A DNA stretch of 62,208 bases from Octopus bimaculoides (taxonomy: Eukaryota). The position numbers and the translations under genes were made by a program. Below are positions 50,641-62,208 of the stretch, piece after piece. The DNA lies in NCBI RefSeq assembly GCF_001194135.2, contig NC_068986.1:87853977-87916184 (forward strand), in the 5' to 3' direction. The first letter of the stretch is position 1; every line of letters starts with the position of its first letter. A model generated the notes under the pieces. The model saw only the letters and a list, made by a program, of their open reading frames with translations. It ran no database searches and had not been told where the DNA came from.

Positions 50641-52578
50641 GTATGTGTGTGCATGTATATATATATATATATTAAATATATACTTTTATAAAACAAATTT
50701 TACAAAATATATAGTATCTGTTAACAGTCTTAGCCAAAAACTCACAGTTGAGTTTTTGTATATATATATATGTATACATGTCTCTTAAAGGATAGAGCTC
50801 AAAATCAATGCATTGAAGATACTTTATTGCAGCAACAATTATAATAACAGAAACAACCACAATAAGCCAAACCTATGCACATTTCAATAGGGTATCCCGG
50901 AAAAATAAACCACATCATAAGATGTCTCGTAAAATATTGTAACAAATTACAACATATTACAAATTTCTGGATACTCCATCTCATCAGGGTCGCATTATTG
51001 CCATCACCAATANNNNNNNNNNNNNNNNNNNNNNNNNNNNNNNNNNNNNNNNNNNNNNNNNNNNNNNNNNNNNNNNNNNNNNNNNNNNNNNNNNNNNNNN
51101 NNNNNNNNNNNNNNNNNNNNNNNNNNNNNNNNNNNNNNNNNNNNNNNNNNNNNNNNNNNNNNNNNNNNNNNNNNNNNNNNNNNNNNNNNNNNNNNNNNNN
51201 NNNNNNNNNNNNNNNNNNNNNNNNNNNNNNNNNNNNNNNNNNNNNNNNNNNNNNNNNNNNNNNNNNNNNNNNNNNNNNNNNNNNNNNNNNNNNNNNNNNN
51301 NNNNNNNNNNNNNNNNNNNNNNNNNNNNNNNNNNNNNNNNNNNNNNNNNNNNNNNNNNNNNNNNNNNNNNNNNNNNNNNNNNNNNNNNNNNNNNNNNNNN
51401 NNNNNNNNNNNNNNNNNNNNNNNNNNNNNNNNNNNNNNNNNNNNNNNNNNNNNNNNNNNNNNNNNNNNNNNNNNNNNNNNNNNNNNNNNNNNNNNNNNNN
51501 NNNNNNNNNNNNNNNNNNNNNNNNNNNNNNNNNNNNNNNNNNNNNNNNNNNNNNNNNNNNNNNNNNNNNNNNNNNNNNNNNNNNNNNNNNNNNNNNNNNN
51601 NNNNNNNNNNNNNNNNNNNNNNNNNNNNNNNNNNNNNNNNNNNNNNNNNNNNNNNNNNNNNNNNNNNNNNNNNNNNNNNNNNNNNNNNNNNNNNNNNNNN
51701 NNNNNNNNNNNNNNNNNNNNNNNNNNNNNNNNNNNNNNNNNNNNNNNNNNNNNNNNNNNNNNNNNNNNNNNNNNNNNNNNNNNNNNNNNNNNNNNNNNNN
51801 NNNNNNNNNNNNNNNNNNNNNNNNNNNNNNNNNNNNNNNNNNNNNNNNNNNNGGATTCAGGGCAAAGTTGGTGGGATCCTCTTCAAAATGCTCAACTCTC
51901 ATTAACACGATGCCTCACCATCCCATACCACCACCACCACCACCACCACTACTGTCACAATTTGCTAGAACTTTAGGGGATTCAGGGCAAAGTTGGTGGG
52001 ATCCTCTTCAAAATGCTCAACTCTCATTAACACGATGCCTCACCATCCCATACCACCACCACCACCACCACCACCACTGCCGCCGCCGCCTCCATCATAA
52101 CGTCACTATCATTACCACCACTACTACTATCACTGTTTTAAAGAACGTCTCTACCAACATAACATTCACGACAGCAGTTACCATAAGCATCGCGTATATA
52201 CCATCAATTCTCCCATTATTACCATCGCCACTACCATTATCAACAAAACCCACCACCGTCACCGCCTCCACTACCACCATCGCCGTCTTCACCTCTGCCG
52301 CTACCACCAGTCTGAAATGAAAGTAGGACCACCTCTACTTAGTGGAACAAAGGCCTCCAACTCCAACGCCTCGAAAACCACCACTGCCGCCGCCACCCCC
52401 ACCATCACTGCCGCCGCCGATACCATCACCATTAAATCTATTTTCTCCATCTCTCTTAATTAAAATCATTATGATCATTGCCGATATTAACACTACTACA
52501 ACTACAACCATTAAATTCATTACCACCACCACTACCATCACCACTACCACCACTACAACTATGACCATCACCAGCAAC

Positions 52579-52918
52579 CAGTGACCGACTGGCCAGGTTG
52601 CCAGCTTTCTCGATGGCAAGTGGGCTCCTGCGCTATTAGAATCCATATATGTGGGCCCATGTTAGTATCTAAGGGGCCCAGCCCCTCAAGCTTGGGAATT
52701 TTAGAATTCATTTCTGGAAGAATGCATTAATTATTTCAGCCTGGATGTGTTTGTAGACAGTTGAAAAGAATACTTTTAGCAAAAATAAATAAATAAATAA
52801 ATGATAGCTTTGTAGTTGCGGGTGGGCTCCCTTGTAATTGCGGGTGGGCCCCCTTATACTGCGAGTGAGTCCCCTTAGTCTCCTGGCACCCAATAATTTT
52901 AGACCCAGTCCGCCACTG
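52579..52918. mobile_element. hAT-type MITE with 8-bp TSD
   Basis: CCAGCAAC|CAGTGACCGACTGG ... CCAGTCCGCCACTG|CCAGTAAC; internal GCGGGTGGGC(T/C)CCCTT repeats. Confidence 0.85.
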
Positions 52919-52984
52919 CCAGTAACCTCCTCTACAACAACCACAACCATGCAACTAGAACAATGAAAAGACCTTTGACTGATC

Positions 52985-53143
52985 CTTAGAATGCTAGAAA
53001 TAGTAGCCAAATTAACTTCAAATCACACCCTAACATGTTACTTAGCAAAGGACAGGGGTAAAACTCTGGAATGGTTACGGCCGAAGTACTTTTAATCAAA
53101 GGTTTAGTCGATCAGGGTTGACCTGAGACTAAACAACAACAAC
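52985..53143 (+). mobile_element. Additional diverged retroposon family (CTAAACAACAACAAC tail)
   Basis: GCTAGAAATAGTAGCCAAAT..CAAATCACACC..GACCTGAGACTAAACAACAAC. Similar tails occur at about 38065, 60285 and 61425, and a reverse-oriented body at 19330-19440. Confidence 0.45.
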
Positions 53144-53319
53144 TTGACCTCATTACTACTGTCACAAAGATTACTATCATTATTGTATAACCGATAATAT
53201 CATAACACCATCACAACCACTGCCATCACTACCACCCACCATCACCACCACCACTATCACCACCACCATCACTACCACTAAAATTACCATGGCATGAAAA
53301 GTTTCAAGTTATGAGATGC

Positions 53320-54680
53320 AACTGATAGCTGCAACGGTAAAGAAATTTTGCTTCCTTCGGTTGCTAGAAAAATAAAATAGCGAGAATATTATTCAAAAGT
53401 TTCCAAGCAATAATCGAATCAATATTCTCTAAATCGCAGAACGGATTTCACTCTGGATGCGGCATAATGGACATGATTTTTGCTATTCGTCAACTGCAAG
53501 AAAAAAACCAAGGAACAACAATCGCTACAAGTTTTGTTTTACGATCTGACGGAAGATGTCACCGTATACTGTAAATCACTGTGGAAAATATTTCAGATAT
53601 TCGACATCCCACTGAAATTAGTTGCCATCAACCGTCCTCTTCATGACAACATAAAGTGTTTGGTAAAATCAAACGGATCATCAACATCGTTTGAATTCAA
53701 AACTTAGCGTGCAGCAAGGGGACGTTCTTCATGCCTTCAATCCTCTTCTCACTATAATTCTTTGTTCTTTATTTTAGAACAAATACGTGACAAATTGATC
53801 TCAGTATATAAAAATGACAGCCTAACAGTTAATGCTACAAGATTCACAACCTGCACCAACTTCCTCCAATGTCCACCCCCAAAACATCGAAATAACCATC
53901 AATAACAACCCGATCGAATATTCTCATGCTTTTATATTTTATCTTAAAATCCACCATCGGCAATGAGGTCAACAGGATATGAATAGGTAATGCAGCAGAA
54001 GAAAAGCTTTATCAGAGAGACGGACTCAAAACTACCACCATACTGCCAGTGTACCGACCACAGATTCTTGGCTCCTTTATATTTGCGTGATGTTGACGCT
54101 TACCGACGTCACGTCAAACACTTGAAACAGTTTCGTCGAGGAAAATTTTGCTTAGTTCCCCTGAGAACTACGGATCGCATCTGTGTCCTCGTAGAAATGA
54201 TAAAGATTGAGACGTAGAGCAATGGGCTGACTATGAACAATGAACGACTATTGAAAACCATCATTTATTCTGAATTGACAACAGGAAAATGTCATAATGG
54301 CAGTAAACAACTTTGATTCAAAAACGCCATGAAGCAGAAATTCGCACTTTGAGGCAAATAAGAAGAGACAGAGGCTGTCGCAGGGAATAGAGAAACATGG
54401 AGGGATCTCTACCATCTAGGATGCAAACACGTTGAGCTGCACCGAAAAGACAACAGGCAACAAAAACGACATATTGATATTAAAAGAAAAGCGGAGATAA
54501 TACGTAAGCTAAGCATCACCGGAGAAGAATTCCTAAAGATCATTTACAAGGAGTGTCAAAAAATGTTTCCACGTATCGCAGTTTACATTCATGTGAGAGT
54601 ACGTATGAGAAGACGACGAAATATAACTAATTGAATTTCGTAAGACAACATTTCAGAAAATCAAGAGAACTCACGACAAC
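53320..54680 (+). mobile_element. Decayed RTE-clade LINE ORF2 (RT domain to C-terminus)
   Basis: SQNGFHSGCGIMDMIFAIRQLQEK; LFYDLTEDV..SLWKIFQIFDIPLKLVAI..LHDN; VQQGDVL; YRRHVKHLKQF; MNNERLLKTIIYSEL; AGNRETWRDLYHLGCK; CQKMFPRIAVYIHVR. All are colinear, with frameshifts and deletions. Confidence 0.88.
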
Positions 54681-54699
54681 GACAAGATACGAATATATA

Positions 54700-55145
54700 T
54701 TCTCTTTTACTCTTTTACTTGTTTCAGTCATTTGACTGCGGCCAAGCTGGAGCACCGCTTTTAGTCGAGAAAATCGACCCCAGGACTTATTATTTGTAAG
54801 CCTAGTACTTATTCTATCGGTCTCTTTTTGCCGAACCGCAAAGTTACGGGGACGTAAACACGCCAGTATCGGTTGTCAAGCAATGGTGGGGGACAAAAAC
54901 AGACACACAAACACATACACACGCACACACACACACATATATATATATATATANNNNNNNNNNTATATACATATATATACGACGGGCTTCTTTTTCAGTT
55001 TCCGTCTACCAAATCCACTCACAAGGCTTTGGTCAGCCCGAGGCTATAATAGAAGACACTTGCCCAAGGTGCCACGCAGTGGGACTGAACCCGGAACCAT
55101 TTGGTTGGTAAGCAAGCTACTTACCACACAGCCATTTCTGCGCCT
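54700..55145 (-). mobile_element. SINE A, full length
   Basis: Near-consensus body and (CTCTTTTA)n tail. Confidence 0.93.
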
Positions 55146-55344
55146 ATATATATGTATGTGCGCGCGCGCGTGTATACATATATACACCACTGATCTGATG
55201 ATGTGTTCATTGCACAATCTTCAGTTACTAATTACATAATTATATTTTAAGTTCTGTATTTAACTAACACTATTCTGAAGCATATGTATATTGAGTTCTA
55301 ACACCATGTCATTAATATCACTCTACCTAACAAAACATTTCTTT

Positions 55345-55490
55345 CAAATTTTGACGTACATATTTTATCGACCACGAAAGGATGAAAGGCAACTTCAACC
55401 TCGGCGGAATTTGAGCACAGAACATAAAGCAGACGAAATGCGCCTAAGCATTATGCCTGGCATACTAATGATTCTGCCTGCTCGCTGCCT
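55345..55490 (-). mobile_element. SINE D
   Basis: TTTATCGACCACGAAAGGATGAAAGGC...GAAATGCGCCTAAGCATT...GATTCTGCCTGCTCGCTGCC. Confidence 0.8.
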
Positions 55491-55506
55491 TAACTGAGCA
55501 AAAAAG

Positions 55507-55551
<45 letters not shown>

Positions 55552-55813
55552 GATATACACATATAACGATATAAGTATAAATATTCAAATATCTATATGC
55601 ATNNNNNNNNNNNNNNNNNNNNNNNNNNNNNNNNNNNNNNNNNNNNNNNNNNNNNNNNNNNNNNNNNNNNNNNNNNNNNNNNNNNNNNNNNNNNNNNNNN
55701 NNNNNNNNNNNNNNNNNNNNNNNNNNNNNNNNNNNNNNNNNNNNNNNNNNNNNNNNNNNNNNNNNNNNNNNNNNNNNNNNNNNNNNNNNNNNNNNNNNNN
55801 NNNNNNNNNNNNN

Positions 55814-55888
<75 letters not shown>

Positions 55889-56359
55889 TAAATGGATAGA
55901 TAGATAGATAGATAGATAAAAATACATATATGGACATTTGTGTGTGTCTGTGTGCTTGTCTCCATGCATACAGATATGTTAATTCAACATATAAATATGT
56001 ATACATTTATATACATACAAATACATGAGCGTGATCATAGCGAGATAGTGTTACACCATTTTGAGTTTAATACTTTAGTTATAAAACCTTTGTGAAGGTT
56101 AAAAATATTTACATGTTTTATTATTCTGTAGTTACTCTGTATATTTATCTGGTCTTTTACAATTATGTTACGCTTTCCACGTCGATATTTCGTTTCGTAT
56201 ACTTTTTTTTATCAACCTTCATTCATTCTTTTCATGTCCTCCATTTATTTTCCTTCGCCTAATTCTTTTCTCCTTTTCGTATTCGGTGTTTCTACTAACT
56301 TTCTATTTGTCATTTTTATTTTCTCGCTCTCACTTTCTCACCATTCCTCTCTAAATTCT

Positions 56360-56401
<42 letters not shown>

Positions 56402-56444
56402 TGTGTGTGGGTGTGTACACAAACACGTATATATATATATAGAT

Positions 56445-56520
<76 letters not shown>

Positions 56521-56801
56521 GTGATAAGGAGATAGATTGGTAGATAGACAGATACATATAAATAAATAGAGATTTACATGTGTGTAAACCTAAATGTTAA
56601 TCCGATTCGCATATTTTATATGGCTGTTTGATATATATTCTTTTATTCTAAACTTTTCGTTTCGGTTCTTTTTATATAATATGGTATACTTTTCTCTTCA
56701 TTTATTTCGTTTCGTAAATTTTTTTAACGTCCTATTGTTTCCTTCTGTTTGTCATCTCATATATAATATATATAAACATATACATGGAAATGCATGTGCG
56801 C

Positions 56802-56848
<47 letters not shown>

Positions 56849-57329
56849 TGTGTGTTTTGTGTGTTTGTGTGTGTGTGTGTGAGTGTATGTACGTATGTGT
56901 GTGTATATTGTTTTCTATTCTATTATTTTCAAGACGAAGAAAACAGAATTGTCCAATAAATCCCTGTATACTTCTGATTTAGTCTTGCAATGCTTATATT
57001 GGAAAATAAAAATAAATAACAATGCGGAATAAATAAATAATATAAATAATGAGAGAAATAAAATAGACAAACAAATGTTTTTTATCTTTTGGGTTACTTT
57101 CGTTTGTAACATTATTTCTCGTCTCTTGCCATTTTCTTTTACGTTTCACATTTTTTCTAATCTTCTTTCTTTCTTTATGTCTTTATGATTTCATTTTGCA
57201 TTTTGCTTTTTGCTTAGCTTATATCTGTTCATATTTAACTCTTTGTTTTACGGAACGTCCACAGATAACCGGACGCACATTTCTGCCTTTCCGTGGACAC
57301 ACATGCAGACATACAAAAACACATACGAG

Positions 57330-57332
57330 CCT

Positions 57333-57413
<81 letters not shown>

Positions 57414-57560
57414 CACACGTACATATATACATACATACATACACACACATACATGCATACATACATACATACATACATACATACATACATACATACATGC
57501 ATACATACATACATACATGCATGCATACATACATACATACGTACATACATACATACACAC
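57330..57560. repeat. (CA)n then (CATA)n
   Basis: Direct reading. Confidence 0.95.
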
Positions 57561-57864
57561 AAGCGTACAGGCAGACACATTCAACACAGGCATAAAGGTG
57601 TACTTATGCAGTGGAGTATCAGAACTGTTTCAATGTCAGATTAGATACCTATGGTTTTACTTTGTGGTCTTTTCCATTCCGAGTTCAAATTCTGCTATTT
57701 TATCTTTTTCAACTTACTGGCTTGATAATATGTTCCTTTAAAAAATCCTCGACGTGAATAAAGTTATGACAGTTATATGTGATGCCGCACCACACATACA
57801 ACTGACTCATGCAAATACATCTGATGAACATACGCATCAATAAATAATATACATGCATGTCATG

Positions 57865-58009
57865 TAGGTGTGGCAGTGTGTTAAGAAGCTTGCTTCTCAA
57901 CCACATGGTTCCGAGTTTAGTCCCACTGCGTGTCACCTCGGACAAGTGTCTTCTAACCCGACCAAACCTTTCAGTAGATTTGGTAGGTAGAAACTGAAAG
58001 AAGCCCATC

Positions 58010-58091
<82 letters not shown>

Positions 58092-58295
58092 TTGTGAGTA
58101 TGCTTGTCCCCCACCGCCGCTTGACAACTGGTGCTGGTGTGCTTACATCTCCGTTACTTAGAGGTTCGGCAAAAAATTGACAGAATAAGTACTAAGCTTC
58201 CAAATAAGTCTTAGTGTCGATTTGTTTGATTAAAAACCGTTTAAAGTGGTGCCTCAGCATGGCCACAGTCAAAAGACTGAAATAAGTAAAACATT
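57865..58295 (+). mobile_element. SINE A, full length, moderately diverged
   Basis: AGGTGTGGCAGTGTGTTAAG head ... GTGGTGCCTCAGCATGGCCACAGTC tail. Confidence 0.9.
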
Positions 58296-58302
58296 AAAAA
58301 AA

Positions 58303-59026
58303 AAATTTCTGGATGCTTCTGCCTTATGAAATGTTCTTATCTTGTCGTTAAAAGCACGAAACAGTCGGCGGCTGAGGAGGAGTTAAACTTCTTTTAGTAA
58401 TTTGTCCTGTACATATCTCTGTGTGTTTACGTACTTTTCACTAGTTGGTGATGTCCTGCACTTAATGTGCATTTTTTTGATTATTTATAATAAAACGCTA
58501 CACAGCATTGGCTACAGTAAGTTCTTACACTTATGCATAATTTCTGCGACTCCACACTCTGTTTTCTTTCTTTCTCTCTATGCTTCTATAATCCTCTATA
58601 TTTTCCCTTTCTCCCCTCCTTCTTTGCTGCCATTTTTCTCCCATTACCCACTATCTTTCGTTGCTTCTTCCTTCTCCTCAGCCCTTCTGTTTCTTTCCCT
58701 GATTTTCTCTCTTGTCCCCTTCCCCACTGCCTGTTGCTCACACGTGACTACAGGCCATTTCTTTTGCCCGCGTCTTTTCTGGACAAGACGTCCACCGGGC
58801 TGAACGTCATTTCTATTGCCTTCCGACATTTTTTCTTCGTCTATTTATTCTATTTCCTTTAAAATTTTATGTTGTTATTTGTTCGTTTGAAGCTCTAAAT
58901 CTCCACAAATTTTATATTTTAAAATTTCTGGTTACTGCTGTCGTATGAAGTTTTCCTATCTTGTCGTTAAAAGCACGAAATAGGGAATAGTAAAACAGTC
59001 GACAACTGAGAAGTTAGACTTCTTTT
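58303..59026 (+). mobile_element. ~618-bp unit bounded by ~95-bp direct repeats (Penelope pLTR / retrozyme-like)
   Basis: AAAATTTCTGG..TATGAA..TATCTTGTCGTTAAAAGCACGAAA..CAGTCG..CTGAG..GTTA.ACTTCTTTT at 58303 and 58921, with a CT-rich interior and CACACGTGAC. Confidence 0.6.
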
Positions 59027-59049
59027 GATATTCTCAAGAATACAATACA

Positions 59050-59128
59050 TCCCCCGGTCCAGGAATCGAAATCACAAACTTACGATCCTGAATGCAACAT
59101 CCTAACCACTAACTCACGTGCCACCACA
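59050..59128 (-). mobile_element. SINE E head fragment
   Basis: CCGGTCCAGGAATCGAAATCACAAACTTACGATC..CCTAACCACTAA matches 29325-29388. Confidence 0.7.
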
Positions 59129-59247
59129 CACTCACACACACACACACACACTCTCTCTCTCTCTCCCACTCACACACACATACATTCACAATATTCTGGA
59201 AGAGCCATCTTAGCCATCTAAATGCATACAAGAACCGTTAAATATAT

Positions 59248-59603
59248 ACTCTACCTCTTTAACTCCTTAACCGTTGCAGCTTGAAAGCTGAGGTCTTGCT
59301 GGGGCACCACTTTTGGTTCTGCAACACCCTTATTATATGATACCTCTTCTAATATGTGGCATTTGCTGAATTAGGGAGTCTGATGTTGCTATCCTCATCT
59401 GTGTTTTCTGCAGCGACGTAAACTCATCAGGGAAGCCTTGACAGGAGGAGATCCGGTTTCGTTTTGAAGATACCTACATCCACACCATGCAGGTCTCTCA
59501 GGCATTTTGGAAGGATATTGAAGAGCTGTGAGTTTTTGAAACCCAAGCTGTTGCAGTATCTGGTCCTGTATTTTGATAGCAATGTTGGGATCTTTGGGAC
59601 TAT
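59248..59603 (-). mobile_element. CR1/L2-type LINE 3' end
   Basis: IVPKIPTLLSKYRTRYCNSLGFKNSQLFNILPKCLRDLHGVDVGIFKTKPDLLLSR / DEFTSLQKTQMRIATSDSLIQQM matches the GP.LFN.LP...FK.KLD..L...PD.P..RAA.SNSL C-terminus, followed by a short 3' UTR. Confidence 0.78.
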
Positions 59604-59826
59604 ACTCTTTTCTCTTTTACTCTTTTTACTTGTTTCAGTCATTCGACTGCGGCCATGCTGGAGCACCGCCTTTTAGTCGAGCAAATCGACCCCCAGGACT
59701 TATTCTTGGGAAGTCTAGTACTTATTTTATCGGTCTCTTTTTGCCCAACCGCTAAGTTACGGGGATGTAAACACACCAGCATCGGTTGTCAAGCGATGGT
59801 GAGGGGGGGGGACAAACACAGACACC

Positions 59827-59912
<86 letters not shown>

Positions 59913-59990
59913 CGACGGGCTTCTTTCAGTTTCCGTCTACCAAATCCACTCACAAGGCTTTGGTAGGCCCGAGGCTATAGTAGAAGACAC
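59604..59990 (-). mobile_element. SINE A, 5'-truncated, fused to the LINE fragment
   Basis: Near-consensus body ends at AGAAGACACT (59990); the tail abuts LINE coding sequence. Confidence 0.92.
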
Positions 59991-60519
59991 TATGTGTATT
60001 TATTTCTAGAGTTGTTAAACTTTTCTGAAAGTCATCAAAATTATACTTAATATTCTTCCTAATATATTTCTAAATTCTATAAAATCCTAACGAAATCATG
60101 CTTATTTCATTTAAATATGATCACTTGGCCTGTTAGTAATAACAGCGAAATTCTCTCATATAGTATATAATATTGTCTTAAAACAGGAAGGGTACATTAG
60201 AAAATGTAGTAGTCTTGGATAGACATGGATAGTATCTCTCTTATCACAGGTTTTCTGGGTCATTGCCGAAGTGGGGCTAAACGATAGTAACAACTAAAGG
60301 ACAATAAAATAAGTTTCTTAACTAGACATCATCATCAACAACACTTTCGTGGCATCAAGAGCAAGGTGAAATAATTAATAACTTGTTATTACAATAAAGT
60401 TGCTGTTAGTTACTTAGCCAATATTTCCGCTAGGATTGTAACCATACCGTTGCTATCATCAGAAACGCTACTACCTATACTGCTTCCGCCATCACCAGCA
60501 GTAGCACCTCCACCACCAC

Positions 60520-60531
60520 TAGCATCATCAC

Positions 60532-60597
<66 letters not shown>

Positions 60598-60645
60598 TAT
60601 CATCATCATTACCATCATCATCATCAACATCATCGTCATCATTAC

Positions 60646-60678
<33 letters not shown>

Positions 60679-60858
60679 TACCATCATCAACATCAACATC
60701 ATCGTCATCATCACCATCATCATCATCATCATCATCATCATCACCATCATTACCATCATCATCATCAACATCATCGTCATCATCACCATCATCATCATCG
60801 TCATCAACATCATCATCAACATCATCGTCACCATCACCATCATCATCATCATCATCAA

Positions 60859-60909
<51 letters not shown>

Positions 60910-61067
60910 ATATTTCTACTCTGTTCCCGTCTCCTCGTCATCATGATCGGCATTATCATTTTCATCAATAACATCAGCATCAACCTCCCTCAAAATCACC
61001 ACCAGTAACCTCACCGGTCATGGTCATTGTCGTCGTCGTCATCGTCATCATCATCGTCGTCGTCATC

Positions 61068-61099
<32 letters not shown>

Positions 61100-61110
61100 C
61101 ATCATCACCG
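60520..61110. repeat. (CAT)n compound microsatellite with higher-order variant units
   Basis: TTACCATCATCATCATCAACATCATCGTCATCA-type blocks recur; this gives the spurious 173-aa poly-Ser ORF. Confidence 0.92.
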
Positions 61111-61177
61111 CCAGTAACTCTTAACCGTCAGCACAAATAATTTACACACACAATAAACCTCCCTTATGTAATTACAG

Positions 61178-61253
61178 AATGATTTCTATATATCCTTAAT
61201 AAGACGAGATAGTCATGAATGGAAGACTATTGATCGTGAATCGAGTCGATCAG
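61178..61253 (+). CDS. Candidate internal exon NDFYISLIRRDSHEWKTIDRESSRS
   Basis: cccttatgtaattacag acceptor and only frame 0 open, but a weak CAG|gtttaa donor. Confidence 0.18.
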
Positions 61254-61813
61254 GTTTAAGTTTTAGTGGTTTGAACAGTGCTACATAACAAACTAGGATT
61301 TGTACATGCAGTCACATGACCTGCTCTACACCCCAACTCGACCAAATAATACACACGTTAGATAATGTAATCGATGCAATGGTCATGGAATGCCTTCGAT
61401 CCTATCGGTTAAAAGTTACCTAGGGTTAAACAACTGCAGCTGTGATACTAACAGAAACAGCCAGAAATGAAAAGAAGCACACAAGGCAAGCTATGCTGTC
61501 TTTAATACATCGTTTCACTCATCGTTTACAGATGAACGACGTATATGAAATAGTTTATCATGTTCTAATTACTGTTATGCTAGAGAATTAATCAGATTGC
61601 CAACTTCCAATGTCGTTTGTCAAATCATCTAGACGATATTTCATGTGAAGCGGGCAAATTAATGTAATGTAATGCAATGCACATACACACAGACTTTCAT
61701 AGAAACATACACACACAAACAAACACATAGAAAAACGTAGTATAAAAAAAACACACGAAGTACTAAAAGCATAAACATGGAAACATTATATAGACACACG
61801 TATGTACAAACAC

Positions 61814-61893
<80 letters not shown>

Positions 61894-62134
61894 CATATGC
61901 ACGTATTTACTATATACACACACATGTACGCGTGTAATAAACGAAACTCATAAGTAGAAAACGTGCAGATCATTATTACACATAAACAATACTGTCGAAG
62001 CATATATACGTGTTTTTTGTACGTTTATGCGTTTGTGTGGGAGTGAGCGTGCGCGCGCGTGTGTGTGTAACTAAATGTGTGCAGTATTGTTTTATATAGT
62101 CAGATGAAGACATATACACGCATATAACCTTATA

Positions 62135-62135
62135 G

Positions 62136-62208
<73 letters not shown>
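62135..62208. repeat. (TATC)n
   Basis: Direct reading. Confidence 0.95.

Noticed and set aside
50884-50978. Possible Tc1-like MITE (AGGGTATCCCGGAAA ... TTTCTGGATACTCC)
   Set aside because: The TIR match is weak, with no clear TA TSD and no second copy.
60450-60971. 173-aa Ser-rich and 144-aa Met-rich ORFs
   Set aside because: Translations of (CAT)n; no splice or start context.

Overview
Eukaryotic, AT-rich, gap-ridden draft-assembly sequence. The repeat content (very dense tRNA-derived SINEs with internal (TA)n/(CA)n tracts, and many tri/tetranucleotide microsatellites) looks like an Octopus genome; that is an inference from recalled repeat families, not a search. No complete protein-coding gene can be recognised, and essentially all listed ORFs are artefacts of microsatellites, N-gaps or SINEs. 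What is supportable: (1) at least four tRNA-headed SINE families, labelled A, C, D and E here (about 17 copies of A, 4 of C, more than 15 of D, 2 fragments of E), plus one C-head chimera with a different tail; (2) decayed non-LTR retrotransposon fragments (RTE, R4/Dong-type RLE, CR1/L2-type, possibly Jockey/I-type); (3) a 5' mariner transposase remnant with its left TIR; (4) MITEs with TIRs, most also with TSDs (hAT, Tigger/pogo, mariner); (5) Penelope-pLTR-like direct-repeat units with a decayed hammerhead-like motif; (6) several isolated splice-site-bounded open segments that may be exons of large-intron genes. The most interesting observations are a CR1-type LINE 3' end that shares its tail with SINE A and is fused directly to a SINE A copy, the decayed hammerhead-like direct repeat, SINE module shuffling, and a signal-peptide-like candidate exon at 47018-47117. 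Repeat boundaries are approximate unless TIR/TSD coordinates are quoted.
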